Below, one piece after another: positions 41,105 to 56,392 of a DNA stretch of 64,000 bases. The stretch comes from Octopus vulgaris (taxonomy: Eukaryota), in contig OX597814.1 of the NCBI GenBank assembly GCA_951406725.2, forward strand, positions 36,890,001 through 36,954,000, written 5' to 3'. Numbering within the stretch: position 1 is the stretch's first letter; every line of letters starts with the position of its first letter. Position numbers and translations under genes: made by a program. The notes under the pieces were generated by a model, which searched no databases, had not been told where the DNA came from, and worked only from the letters and a program-made list of their open reading frames with translations.

Positions 41105-42415
41105 GTATATATACATATATATGTATATGTATATATATACAACTTATAAGTAATGGCTCAAGACAATTATTTCAATGCCAATATGCTGGTAACAGACAAT
41201 TAAATCGTCACTTTCCACATCTAATTTACACGCTACAGCAAAAACCGAAGAACTGAAGTCGGGCAAACCGGCCGTTAGAGTTTTTTAAAAATTCGTTATT
41301 TCTATATTGAATCAATTTCGGAATTAATCTCATAAAAGACTTATTCATCCTCAATAGAACTTACGAAGGATATAAATAAGATACTTACATGCGCCCATGG
41401 AAAAAGCCGAAGCAAAAAACATGAGTACATTTAAGTAGTGTATATATATATATATATACATGCATACATACACACACGCACACATATATATATGTGAGTG
41501 TTTGTGTATGTGTGTGTTAATTATTATTATGCAAAATCTTCATATAAAAGGACAATGGTTAAATCTAATATATTAGAGAAATATATTTCGCAGGGAAAGG
41601 ATACGTTATGCTACATGTACAAAGAGAGATTGATGAATGAATCTAATTGGAGGCTGTACTCAGATGTTTAATTCTGGATTATAGCAGTGTGAAGAAATAC
41701 AAGTTTTGGCGTAAAATATAGGAGTAACGAAAAATTAGTGGGCTTTAAAATGAGTGGATCCCACGAATGTAGTACGTAGCTTATTAATTCCACAGCCATA
41801 GAATACAGGTTGAGTGGATAAATTGTGGGTGGCTAGCTTTTTTTATTGCATACTGGTGAATGGAGTTTAAAAAAATCATTCTCGTAAGACATATCTGTAG
41901 AAAGATGCTCCTAGGCTTACAAGAAATACTCTAATAATTTGATATGAAATACGTTCTCATCCCGATAAGATTTACTAACATTTAAAATGAAGGTTTGGAA
42001 ATGAAACGTGTATGTAGTCAATTTGTGAAATTGCTAGATAAAGTCCAAACATCTGACAGTTTTGCTGTCCACTGCTTTTGTTGTACAAAATTCAATCGGA
42101 TGGCAATTATATCATTATGCTTTCATAACACTAAATGCTGAATATTTGATGAGATAGCATTTATATCCAGGAATAATATTCTGTAATATTTTACTTCAAA
42201 ACACCCAGATGAAGGTACATGAATATTTTTTTTTATATAAACTAGTTGGATCCGTGAATATTTAACAGAATTAATATGGTAAAGCTACTGGGTTATTTCT
42301 GACAACTTTAACCAAGAAACCTGATATCGTTGCTCGTGTTATGTCTGTGTGGAAAGATATTCGTTCGTCTGCTACTCATTAGAAAGTGAAAGAAATTGGA
42401 ATACGATGACGATGC

Positions 42416-42480
<65 letters not shown>

Positions 42481-42493
42481 ATATATGCATCGT

Positions 42494-42529
<36 letters not shown>

Positions 42530-45525
42530 TTTATATATACACTTTATATACTTTATGCACAATTTTATTGACTTAATACACAGCACTCATAAAATAAATA
42601 TTCACAGTTATTGTTCCATTCTCCCCACCTCAAAAATATCCCATACATATGATACAACATTTAGCAAAGGTGCATATATCTGCCACGTAAACAAGCGTGA
42701 GTAATTCACAGAATTGCACTTATTCACAAGCGTTAAGCGATAGGGGATATAAAATATTTAGTTCAATAGAAAAAAATATACTTCTCACTATCCAATCACC
42801 CCTGCTACCTCCTCCTCCACCAGCACCATCACCACCACCATCATCATCTCTCCCCCTCTCTCTCTGCCTTTCTTTAGTCTCACCATCAAAACAGCACCCG
42901 ATTTTTTAACTCTCTTCCTCTATATCATTAGTACCTTCAACTAGCTTTTTTAAACAACTTAATAAATATTACGTTCCCCCACCCCACATCATGGACGCTT
43001 CTCTCCCCTTCTTTTTCCCTCTCCCTTTCTTTCTTTCTCCCTCTTTCTGTCTCAGTCTTCGCCTTATCCACTTTTCTCTCTCTCTCCTTATTTTATCCTC
43101 TCTTTCCCTTCAACTAATCACGTGAAAGCGTTACAATTACATTCCCTCTACCTCAAGTCATGGACGCTTCTCTCTCCTGCTTTTCCCCGCACCCTCTTTT
43201 CTCTCTCCTCCTTTTTTCTCTCCCGCATTTCTTTCTCCTTCTTTTTCCCTAATCAAGTGACAGCGTTTCTGACGGGCTAAGTAACGCAATGACAAGCAGA
43301 ATTATTATGAGATTTTAAAATTGACATCTAATGATTTTCATTTTCTCAAGAATAAACTATATCTAACATTGTATGAATATTTTCGGAAAATTAATAAAAA
43401 ATTTTAAAGGTGCTGCAGAATTGGAGAGTTTTATTTTTAATTTGCTCATCCGTATTTTAGCTGAAATATAGATTCAATGTAAACGCAGAAGTAATCAGTT
43501 TAGAAGCAATCGTACTGGCTATCTTACTCTCCAATAAATGTGAAACATACAAGATTAATATATGAAATATCTATTTTATTGTAGAATCCATGCTTCTTTG
43601 TATTAATTTATTATGACACAAATTCATGCCCTTCAGTAGTGACCACCTTTAGATACATAATTATATTCAGCAACGCTGGTAGACACAAAAATCACTGAAT
43701 AACACGAATATACTTTCAAATTAATTGAGATATAAATGTGACAAATACTGAAACGAATAAGATGTAAGATGGTAGCATATATTTTGATGTATAACAAGGT
43801 TTTACTCGTAAACATGTTTTTCAAGCCTCTACAAGATGATCTAAGAGTTTCGTGAGATGAACATTCTAATGGGCATTTCTTCTCTGAAGTGAACAATATC
43901 TGTTGAAATATAATAAATTGTATTAAAGTGGAAGGATTGATCGTCTTAGATGATATTATATTGCATAGCAGGAAATAGTTTCCCAGAAGGAAAACAATTT
44001 GGTTTGAAGAAAACATTAAGTTATAAAACCTATAAGTAAATCATTAATATCACATTTCTTTGCTGGTAGAATTATATACAACATTTATCAACACATATAG
44101 ACCGATTTATTAACAGGTATTAATTGTTTTGTATCAAATGCGTTGTACTGCTTTAATTTTAATATAACAGACATTTAGTCCCGGCGTCACTGGTAAACAT
44201 TTTGTCTCTCTTTCCTCGAAAGTCAATAAATCACCAATAATCTTCTTATTCATGTTTGAGGGTATCTTCAATATCATAAATATTTACTTTTGGACAAGAT
44301 AAAAAGCGACTAACAAGCTCATCATTCTTCAGTGTATTTCTAATAATTAAACCTGGGATAAACAATAATCTCAGGTTGGCCGTAATAAATAGACATATAA
44401 AACATAGAAACCTAATTGAATACTTTCTTATGATAGATGAGTAATTTGTAGAAATGATTAAGTTTAACACCTGGCAGTATATATTTATAGTGTGATGAAT
44501 TGAGTTATTTCATACTATATGATGTTGAGTGTAGAATACCTTTTGGGAATCCTTCGATGATCAATGCAATACTTACACGAAAGATGGATGAATGAATTTT
44601 GCAAAACTACAATTAATTTGGGACAGATTAAGGAGAACGATATCAAAGTACAAACGATCCATTAGCTTTTATGAAGTCTAAGTATAATGATAGCTTTAGA
44701 TATTCTTTGTATATGAATGTAATATGTATTAATCGATGTACTGGTATGACTGAATGTACGTTTCATATGGTATCTTCATTTTAGCAATAATTATTGTTGA
44801 CTATATGAAAATCTGGTGAAATCTGCATTTATTATATAATAAGAAACGCCAACTGATCATTGATCGCCATTTGTGAGAGGATTATTGTAATTTAAAGCAG
44901 AAATGAAAGAGCCATTTTATAAGTCATGTAAGCCATTTAGTATTATATCAATATTTTGACTCAGTACATTAAGTAGGACATGAAAATAATACACAGCGGA
45001 ATTTTAGATTATAAATATGGCTGTAATAATTATGGTAACATAATAGGTGCAAGTTTTGTTTCTAGATATATAAATATATATAATGAAAGTTCTACAGAGC
45101 TAAGAAGATGTGTTTTAAAGTAGTGTTGGAAAACTGCAGCTTTGTTTTTAACTCTTATCAAATAATATTTTGTAATTATGACGTACGAAATAATAATGCT
45201 TCCGATCTTGTTTACGTAACCCTCTTGTTTAATTAAAGTTTATAATAATAGAATTCCTTGGAAGCGTTCCAAGAATACGTATTTCCTATGATGTCTTTAA
45301 CCAGTCACATGGCAATCTTTAAAATGTGTTATTTACTTTCCCGCTACCCGAGATATGAGAAGTAAAAACTAATTCGGTATGTTCTAATTTGTTCAAAAGG
45401 CTCACTCTATTCCGAATAACTGAAGCCTAAGTTTGCTTTTTGATATCGTATTTTAGAAGAATTCTCCGTATGACTAGCATTTAGACATAAAACAAAATTC
45501 AGTGACAATAAACAAGAAATTGATT

Positions 45526-45630
45526 TCTTCTTCTTTTCTTCTTCTTCTTCTTCTTCTTCTTCTTCTTCTTCTTCTTCTTCTTCTTCTTCTTCTTCTTCTT
45601 CTTCTTCTTCTTCTTCTTCTTCTTCTTCTT
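45526..45630. repeat. (CTT)n microsatellite
   Basis: Directly visible. Confidence 0.97.
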
Positions 45631-48358
45631 GTCTTTTCGGCATTTCGGGGTCGATTAAATAAAAACCAGTTGAGTACTGGGATCGACGTTATCCATGTTA
45701 TCAACGAGGTCCTTGTCAACGTTTCCGTTCCAGTTACATTATCATAACTGTTCTCAAGATCGTGGCTCATCCAAGTAGTTCTTGCAACAGCCATATGCGT
45801 CCATCCCTCTTCAAATCAATTGACTTCATTGATGTAAAATGGAAATTATACAGGACGAGAATATATATTTGTAAAGTAGCTGGTGTAAATGATTATGCGC
45901 GTAGTATATTCATCACAAGATCCATGATTTTTCTTTCCGTTCACATAAAGATTTCTTAATTTTAAATCTCCTTTACGAAACACATGAGCATGCTTTCCCT
46001 CATTACTGCCATTAATAGATAATATTCTGATACTCGGTTCATAGAAAACTTTTCATATTATATCTCATTTTATTCTTTTTATTTTTCCCAATTAATCAGG
46101 CCACGGCATTTATCAGGCCTCGATTGATGTGTGGGTGTTTGGGGTATTCTATCCTTACATCAGAAAGCTGTGCCAAATGCAGGTGACAGAGCGGAATCTA
46201 CTAAGAAAAAGTGGTATCCTGGTATCCAGGGTATGATGTTGAACCAGACAAACTATTAAGCGAATAGTGGCATTCAGAATGTCGTGTTAAACTGAAAATA
46301 TATAATAAAACAAAAATCGTTTTAAATTAGTTCTTTATAAATTTAAAAATTATAAAAAAATTATAGGTGTGAATCTTCGAGAAAAAGACAGAATTGTCAT
46401 TGAGAAAGGCAGGGTAACATGGGAATGGGAAAATGGACTTCCTATAAGACTCGAAGCATATATAACGTTTCTAAATACTTGTGAGTTTCGTATAGATAAT
46501 GTGTCCGAAATTTTTTTTCTCAAGTGAATCTTCTCAGTAAGTGCTATGTTTTAAAAATATTTAGTGGATATATATGCAGTGACATACACAAATGTCTGTA
46601 TTATTTGTTCTTTTGATAATAAGAAAAAATATAATCATATACGTATGCAAATTCAAAATTACAACATATTACGAAAAGCAATAATCTATCAAATATTTCA
46701 CACATATTTTTCTCCTATATAATTATTTGTTTCATAAAAATTGAATAAATACATTTAGAAAAAGAAAATGATATATATATATATATATATATATATTGGA
46801 GTTCATCTACAAAATATCAGCTATTTTGTCTGGTAACTTTAGGATAGATATTCAAACTGTCCTTAGCTATTTTCATAGAGAAAACAAAACTGGTTGTAGT
46901 AATGACAAGTGTCACAGCATTCAACTTCAGTTACAACTGAAATCTAGCATATGAGTATGTTTTTCGTAATTATTAGGAAAACATCGAACTTCCAGATTTG
47001 TTGCTGATATATATATAGTGTTTCTTTGCTATTAGATTCGTAGTAAATTTTATCAAAACGTAAAATATTAGAATATAGTTATTGATGCACATAATTTCAA
47101 TTTTGAAATAGTAACTGAATTTTAATCTAAAAATCAATGATCTTTTCCGTTAATTAGTTTTTAGTACAACCTTTGTACTACATGAAGTCTCCGCTACGTG
47201 ACTAAAGAGAAATATTCAAAACATTCGCTAAACTGATATGCATTAGATAACGGTCACTTCACGTGGCAAAGGACGACAGTACTACTGAATTGAAACAAAA
47301 GCAGGCTATCAATAGGTACACATACATGCGTCATACATTCACACATACTCTCTCTCCCTCATATCTTTATTTTCAAATTGCAATTTAACGCTTTAAAATA
47401 ATGTTCAACAGATTATCGATAATACATTTCGAATGATCACTGTATTATACGTACGTTAGATCAAGCCAACAACTGGAGATCTAGAATTGTCTGCCCTATA
47501 TCTATCAAACTACACAAACATCCTTACGTAGAAAGAAAACCCTCATTGTCAACAAAAAAATTAAGGGCATGATCCTGATTCAAAAGTATTTGGTGAAGGG
47601 TTGTCTCGAAATCTAGCTCTCATGGAGCTAATCAGAAATAAACAAACGCAACGACGTAACATTTTATGTAAATGCCAGATGCAACATTTTTTATTAATGG
47701 CATAATATTCGGAAAATTGTGCTGATTTATAATGAAATGTGCTATGGGTAGTTGAGCATATATTTACATTGTAAATTACTCATCCGACATAGTCAAGTAC
47801 CTTATTCAATTTGTGATTTCGGAATTCAGGAAATACCTATAATTTATACGATCATATTGTGTCATAGATCTTTTAAAGCCAAGATATACAAATTTGCCCT
47901 CCCATATTCTAATACAATGATCAATACATATATTTCTTTGGTTGTTATTTCAGCGAATATTGTTTGTATTCATATTTCTGGCAACATATGAAAAGTTTTG
48001 ACGACCTATAGAGATAATTACAACAGTCAATATTTGTACAAATCTATGAAAAAAATCATTGAGTAATCTATTATTTATTAATATTTGTCTGACAAATTTC
48101 GTGCAAAATAATGGAAATGAATCAATAAAATTAGCCTGTCAGAAATAAGGTTAATATGCCTATAAATTCATACACGGATACATACATAATACATACACAT
48201 AAACATATATACATACATACATATGTATGCGTAATTTCTATGTGAGTAATATGTAAATGTATATACATATACATGTGTATACGTGTGAGTGAATGTCCGT
48301 CAGTGTGTATACACTGAAAAGCTCTCATATATATGCATGTGGAGATTATGCATGCATG

Positions 48359-48401
<43 letters not shown>

Positions 48402-49360
48402 ATATATATACCTATATATATATATATACATAGATATGTATATATATATACACACACACACATGTATATATATATATTTATATAGTAATAGTGTTCTAAA
48501 TGTAATTGAATTAACATTATTTAAAAGAAGCAAATGTTTGCATTGAAGCCTATAATATTAGTTTTCTGCTGAAGAAAAAAAGGGCTGAATATAAAAAAAA
48601 ACAAATTTATTTACATGGTAAAGCGAGTTGTAGATATTACGTCACTGGGTGTTTGGTTATAAATACAAAGCTTATGTTCAAGAAAACAACAAGCTGAGCT
48701 GTAATGTTAGTGGAAATGTATATTTTAATATATTAACCGACACATAAATATGTTTCGAACAAAATTATGCTCATAAAAAAAGCATATTCAACGAAAATAC
48801 ATATACATTTTACTAAGTGAGATATAAATATTTTCAATAATCTAACATGCATTAAGTATTTTGGGTTAAACAATTTTCTCTATATTTCCAATATATATTT
48901 TCCGTACGCTAAGAAATGAAAGTGCCTATATACATAAGCAAGTTAATTGTACTTTCTAACATCACTTGATTAGCTAATCTTGATACAATGAGGCAGTAAG
49001 ACAACAGGTATGAGAAAAGCAAGATTAGAATATAATTAGTCTAGTTTCTCTTTAGATTAATGCTGAGAATTCAAAGGTTCATGTTGGTTTTGTGAACGGG
49101 ATCTTTGATGTCTATAATGCACAACACGATATCAGAGTCATCCGTTTTTGGTCACTCATGAATGTGCACTAGATTATAGTTCATAATATTTTGTTTACCG
49201 TGGTTTTCTGACATTTGTATATTGTGTGAAATTCACGAGTGTCCAGTGCATAGTACATCAGAATTTTGCTTTAATTTGTGTACATATGTGCATTAAAAAT
49301 ACATGCAATATCATATTTCTTAAATGTTGCGAGCTGTTGAATAATTACTTATAGTAATGA

Positions 49361-50044
49361 CTAGCAGTATAACCCGGCCTTGCCCGGGATTATTAAGCTA
49401 ATCAAAATTATTTAAAATCAAACTAAGTAATATAGACGTCAAATTTGGGCGAAATCCGTATGTATGTGTGTGTGTGTTTGCATGCGTTTTTATGTATACA
49501 TGTGTGTGTATGCATATGTATATATGTACGTATGTGTGTGCATCTGTATGTACGTATCCTGCATATTTATGTGCTTGCTTGTCCGTGTTTGTGTATTTTC
49601 TATGTATGTGTGTGTGAGCATGTGTTTATATATATATATATATGCACCTCTGTCTCCTTGTGTGTGCATATCTGTGTGTGTGTGTGCCTGTTATGTAACT
49701 ATGTACCATGTTTGTATGTATGGATGGGCATCTTTATATGCGTGGATCTGTGTCTCCGTATGTGTCTGTTCATATAGTCAACATACCTATCCGTTTGTAT
49801 ATTGATCTGTTTATTTACATATCTAACATAAAAACACAGGCAAACACATACGCATACATACGTATATGCATGCATGTATAGGCACACACACACTGACCCC
49901 CACACATGCGCACGTACAAACAAAAGGGAACGCAGTATATTGTAATTGTTGTGTGAGAAAGTATATATACTATGATTATAAAATATAGTGTTTTCAAAAA
50001 CAAAATACAAAACATTTTGCATTTTATTTTTTATGAACGCCATC

Positions 50045-50083
<39 letters not shown>

Positions 50084-50338
50084 TTGTCTTTCCCGTGAAA
50101 CTCTCTGGCTCCTCCTTCCACTTTTCTTTAACTTATTTTTGTTTGCTAGACGCTGTCAAAAAGTAATGGCCGATATTTTTGTGGCTAAAAGCTATGTCTG
50201 AAAATATATATTTACGCTATCCACGAGTGCCTCGGGGAAAAAATAAGTTGACAAAACCCAGATAGGGAGTTGGCAAATGTCCTCCTAAATTTTGAGCGAC
50301 ATGCGTGCTAATTTGTGGACGTGTATAAATTACAATCA

Positions 50339-50377
<39 letters not shown>

Positions 50378-50397
50378 CATGCCTTTTATGGATATGA
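49361..50397 (-). mobile_element. Non-autonomous Helitron (~1.04 kb)
   Basis: Minus strand starts A|TC (50397) and ends CTAG|T (49361). Hairpin CCCGG-gcaagg-CCGGG lies 12 nt before the end. No target-site duplication; the interior is microsatellite-rich. Confidence 0.72.
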
Positions 50398-50444
50398 TAT
50401 ATATTTGACGCTTATGCATTTTAGATCTTCTAAGCATCACAGTC

Positions 50445-50446
50445 AC

Positions 50447-50487
<41 letters not shown>

Positions 50488-50596
50488 CCTCCACCACCAC
50501 CACTACCACGACGACCACCGCCAACACCAAAACCACCGCCAAGACCACCACCATGCCACCACCACCACCACCACCACCAGCACCACCATCATCACC
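50445..50596. repeat. (CAT)n/(CAC)n trinucleotide tract
   Basis: Directly visible. Confidence 0.9.
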
Positions 50597-51124
50597 AATA
50601 ACAACATAGTCCAAAATCAAAAATATCAAAAATTATCCTGCGTAAAAGTGCTGTCTCCTTAACGATATCTTCCCTACACTTCTTGTTATCTCTGAAATGG
50701 GTACAGTTCATCAAATACCACAGGAAATGGTTGACAGATATAAGAAAGAAACAAATTTCATGAAAATTAATATGATAAAACCAATAGAAAACCGAAAAAT
50801 ATAAAGCTAACGGAAACCAACGTACTGGTATAAGTTATTTTCCATTATGCTGAATCATATTTTACTAAAATGTCAAAGCTTTCACCTTGTAGTGAAGATC
50901 CTGTGTCAGTAACAGAGACATTTATTTATATGTGCGTCCGCATGGGTAAAAGTGAGCGGAGACGTGTGTATTTATGAGACAATATTCAGTCAGGTGATCT
51001 GGTATGTGAAAACCAAAAGAACAAACGGAAACATTTACTTTTAAAAACAAGATATATATATTTCTCTCTCTATATATATATATATAGATATACATGTATG
51101 TGTATATATATTATACATACACAC

Positions 51125-51163
<39 letters not shown>

Positions 51164-51253
51164 CATATATATGTTTGTGTGCATAATATATACACACACA
51201 CACATATATATATGTATGTGTGTAATATATATATATACACATGTAATACATAC

Positions 51254-51295
<42 letters not shown>

Positions 51296-51849
51296 GCACA
51301 CATACATACGCACATATAATTAACATTTAAAATTAAATGGCAAGAGTAACAAAGCAACTGATGAAGCATAAGAATGACAACGCAGTATTGTACTAGAAAC
51401 TGGCATTATCAGTTAGTTATCGTCATGAGTGGAATACTGAGAAACATATTCTACTTGATGCAAAATTTATGGTTAAGATATTATATATTTACTACATTAA
51501 ATTTGAGGTAACATTTAATATGCGGTAAAAATTGCTTCTTAAAGTATATGGCCGTTTTCTTACCCTTTAATAGACTTGGAAAATGTCTGGACAATCAAGT
51601 AATATATCATACGATATTTTCTGTTGGTTCTCACGCAAAAAAAATTGGATCCACTGTCTTGAAATTTACAGTGTTAGTTCAAACATGTTCCAGTTTTTGA
51701 AGCATCATTAATATTCAAAGAATATGTAATTGAAAAATTATAATAAATTCATCTGAAAACAGGTAATACATACCTGCTAGACTTTTAGATTAAACATGGA
51801 TTAACAGGATGCTCAACCATAAAGCTTCGGTAATTGCCTAGTAGATAAA

Positions 51850-51882
<33 letters not shown>

Positions 51883-52050
51883 CTACTAGCAGGCAAGGAG
51901 GGAATAGATATTGTACGGACATGCTAGCCTATTATTTGCGATATCCCACAAACAGCTTTAAGACTTTAAATTCACCTTACCATAGTTAAAGTATTCTAAA
52001 TGACTGGAAATATGCGTTCTTCCTTGGTTTTTGTTGTCCATTATCCTCTG

Positions 52051-52101
<51 letters not shown>

Positions 52102-52183
52102 GGACTTCTATAGCAGTCCTATTAAACATTTTGTTCCTTATTAAACATTTCGTTCCTGATAAGAAACAATCACTGTATTATTG

Positions 52184-52243
<60 letters not shown>

Positions 52244-52496
52244 CATAAGATACATTATATAGGGTAGCGAATATTCGTTATAAATATCACTACCAGTGGT
52301 CTAACATGTATAAATAGTCAATAGACAATATATTCAGATTTTATAATAGTGTACATTTAAACACAAAAGAAAAAATTACCATTTGACACGTAATTTTTAC
52401 ATGCTAGAAATAGCAGCCAATACGGCGAAAACCACGATTTAACAGCAATTTTCGAAGAAATTGAAAAATAAAAACTTTTACCCTGTTATTTATTAT

Positions 52497-52608
52497 CGGT
52501 TATACCATGGTTGCGAAATTTTTTTAGCAAACAATATTATTAGCCATCTTTTAATAGGTAATTTAGCAAAACAGTATCATCGCAAGGCGAATTTCTCGTC
52601 AGTAACCG
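52497..52608 (-). ncRNA. Type I hammerhead motif with GCAA core variant and long loop II
   Basis: CGGUUA-CUGACGA-GAAAUU..AAUUUC-GCAAC-CAUG-GUA-UAACCG. Stems I and II are perfect 6-bp helices. Confidence 0.75.
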
Positions 52609-52765
52609 GCCTTAATAACTAACTTATAATTTCGAGACAAGAACACGTGTTCCGCCATTATACGTTACAATTTTTCAAAAGACTGGACTGCTCGCAGGCA
52701 CATTTACAGTCAGCAATAAGTACAAAGCCGAGGGTAATTTTTCTTTTGTGTTTAAATGTACACTA

Positions 52766-52834
<69 letters not shown>

Positions 52835-55800
52835 TCGAGGTATCAGAATGAATTTCACTGGAAATAAAGCCGTGTTTTGAATGAATTTACCGAAGCCTCT
52901 GTGTAAGGTTTATATTCTTGTGAGCAATCTACTTGCTCTTTAGCTCTTTGAACAATTCATTTTCCAAGACATTTACCTTCTAATGGACAGTAAGTCTTAC
53001 ATTTGAAGTAGCAGTTCCTCAAATTAGATTCGTCACTGTAGTTGTTTGTAATAATTTTCTTGTTATGCTGATTAATATATATATATATGTTTATAAATCT
53101 ACCTTCATGAAGCTTTATTTGACTGGAAAGTAATACATTTGTATTGCAAATGAGAGATCAATAAAAGTTTTCATATCGGTATGAAAAGGTAGAAAACATT
53201 TTATTCCTCGTGAACTAGGATTAATATATCCTCCTTCGAAGCAGGTTTTATAAAACTAACTTATCAACAAGTTTGAAAAAAAAATTCGTCTTCTGATCTG
53301 ACGTTCAAAATTCATTTCTCTTTATTGTGTATTCGTCAACATAATCTATCGCCATCTGAGAAGAATCAGTTCTTTTCAGTCAGATAAGGTTTATATCTTT
53401 GTACAAAGTCTTTACAACCTTGCCTTCTAACAAACAGCTGCGGATACTTTCTAGCTTTGTATTAAAATTTGCACCATATGGGCGTTAGAAACATATCTCA
53501 TCATAAACTATTGCTCATTGACATATTTTGAATTGGTAACTACTGATCTGCAAAAGGTTTGGGTTTTACGCGTCATGGATAATGTGATGTTTACTTAATA
53601 ATATTTAAATGTATGTTCCCTTTACGGGGTTTAGATTTGTGAATGAAAGTAATCATTTCCTTGCTTTCACGCTCTTCAAGAGTGTTCTTCTAATAAGCAG
53701 ATCCAGAACGGGAATTATTGTACTATTACTATTGTGATTCTTTTCTAAATTTATACATCTTATACTTAATGGCTTGCAGCCGTTTTTGTGTAAGACTTTG
53801 TCAGGATTCCTAAATTCTGTGCATGTATGCGATGCTTTAAGGCTTGGCCTCAATACACGCATAAACATTTCATAACCATTATTTGTAATGCATCGGAGTT
53901 TTGGGGATTCATACAATGTTGCTCAGATTCAAGGAAACATATATACTATTTCAAATATTAAAATAAATGCAGTATTTTCTAAAACAGACTTCTTGTAAAC
54001 TATATATTTTGTATCTTTTTGATCTATAAGTTATGTTGCGCAGATAAAATTATACATATCCATGGATAAAATATTCCTCATGTCTAGAACTGTACTATAT
54101 AGACTAAATTCACGCACGTGCACACATACCCACACACGCACGTGAGAGCGCATGTGAGTATCTGCTTTTATATAACTTCTATTCTTGAAGGAAGGGTGAC
54201 TAACATCGCTTTTCCTGTCCTAGAAGTAACGTCAGGCGTACCTCATTCAGGGGTGTAATCGTAATGTGTTACCCACTTTATCGCCATCACCTAGTTGTCT
54301 TTAACACTGTCAACAATGTAGCAACTATTAGGGTTAGATTTCTAGTTCTATAACAACTTCTTACCACCAATCCAAAGGGAACTGTAGATGATCATGGGCA
54401 CTGTCATTCATTCATATTAGAAAAGGAGTAATTTGATATACGGTTAGAAAAATCGGTCATAGGATGCAACTATTTCGTGTATGCGTGAATGAATTTAGGT
54501 AAAAACTGGTGGCACCTTTCTTGGCACGGGCAATTGTCTTTATCTGCACAGTAGCAGCGTCTCGTATCTGACAGAGTTACTCCTATATGAAATTGATTTA
54601 CCTTTTGGAGTGCCAATAACTGTTGAACTTGCGAGAAGTTATAACGGAAGGGTAGAAGCAAATTTTAGAAGGCTGTCGTAGCTGCTAAGGATGTACTTTT
54701 TACAAAGAGAAATGTTTATGTTTGTGTGGCCAACTATTATAATGAGAAATTCTAGCAGTCTGATGCTTATGATTCAGTGTAATATGGTAGTATATAATTT
54801 GATTGAGAACTGCAGCATAATATTTTATTACCCTTGAAAACAATAAAGATAGATATATTTACATTTGGTATTGTTCTTCAGTGCTCTGTTCATCAAAGTA
54901 GTGCTGGCCTGGCGTGTGGCATATAACTAATAGATGGATATTGGATGTTTTGGTAAAAGAGAAAAGTAAGGATATCAACTAAAATACGGATGTTCTTGCA
55001 CATGACATCAAATAAGATATTGACGGATAGAAGGAAACTTTAAGTATCTTAACTTCGCGATAGGTCGAAGCTGAGTGGATGATAAAAAGAAAGAACACAC
55101 CATAACATCATGATCCGATACGTAATTTCAGAGGTGAAACATTGATTTGGCTCATACATGAGCTAAATGAATAGCCGTATAAAAGCAGAAACTGTCAAAA
55201 GTTTTACTGGCGTCGATACGGAAAAACATTGCTTTCACGAATGTTATAGAAGTTGAGAGGTCATGAATGGGTGATATATGATAACGGCACTTATGGTCAT
55301 TAAACAGTGAAGGGGAGATCACGAGGAGTGTTCACCTGATGGACGACATGCATTTTACCTTAGAGAAACTGAAATGACAATATGTATATTTCTAATTCTA
55401 CCTGTCCTCTCTGCATACATGTGTGTGTGTGTATGTGTGTGTGTCTATAATACATTGAAGGTTAGTTTCAATCTTGCTTGCAATGTTACCCAGGTAAACT
55501 GTCGCATAATGGGAAAATACTATGAATTAAATTTACCCTGAAATGTTAATAGGAAGGGAATGAAACAAGTTTGGCGTAAATTGAGGCAGTAGTTATTATG
55601 ATATTCGGAGTTTGGTGTATAAATACCCAAAACGGTGCGTAATGTGAAACTATTCCGAATTTAACTTCATGCTGGAAGGGAAGAAACTCTAAACTCTCGT
55701 TTAGACTGATTTGACACCGAAGAAATACTATGAGACGTTCACAGAAATACATATATATACAACCTTCGACAGAGTAACAGTCATATATACGACTTGAACT

Positions 55801-56392
55801 GACACACATATCAGTACAAAAACATACTTTTACACATACATACACATATATATTCACATAGACATGTCTACACGCATACGTAAATCCTCACATACATACA
55901 AAGATACATGCATACATAATACATACATACATGCGCATATGCACATCTGCATACGTACATACATACATGCACACATACATACACACATACAAACACAAAT
56001 GCATATGCACATACATATCCTGTTGTTGATGTTGAAATTCCAATGAAGGCGCCTTGGATCTCGGCTAGAATTCGGTACATACTCTATTGGCAAGAAATCT
56101 TGAAATAAACTGAATAATGCCATACATATATATATATCATGGACTTCGTAACCTCGGTGTGAAATAGGATTTTTCCCTGAGCTTTTTCCGAGTGCATTGA
56201 ACGTTATCTCACCTCCAAAGATTTGGGTGCTATTTCTAGCACGCGCTGCCATTACGTAACAGGCGCCAAATCTCTCTTTTTCTGAAGGAAAGGAGCCGTT
56301 GACAAGTTTACACGTGAATTCGATGTCACATTCATTGAAAACATTTGAAATAACCTGGTAAAGAAATATAAATATATATATAACGCAACTTA

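Noticed and set aside
41245-41285. Degenerate hammerhead-like strings (also ~31995-32085 minus, ~48743-48778 minus, ~56040-56080)
   Set aside because: Several core mismatches and unconvincing stem I; cannot be supported without a family consensus.
53300-55400. Possible decayed transposon or LINE coding sequence (also ~23300-24000 and ~25900-26500)
   Set aside because: No diagnostic motif could be read with confidence.
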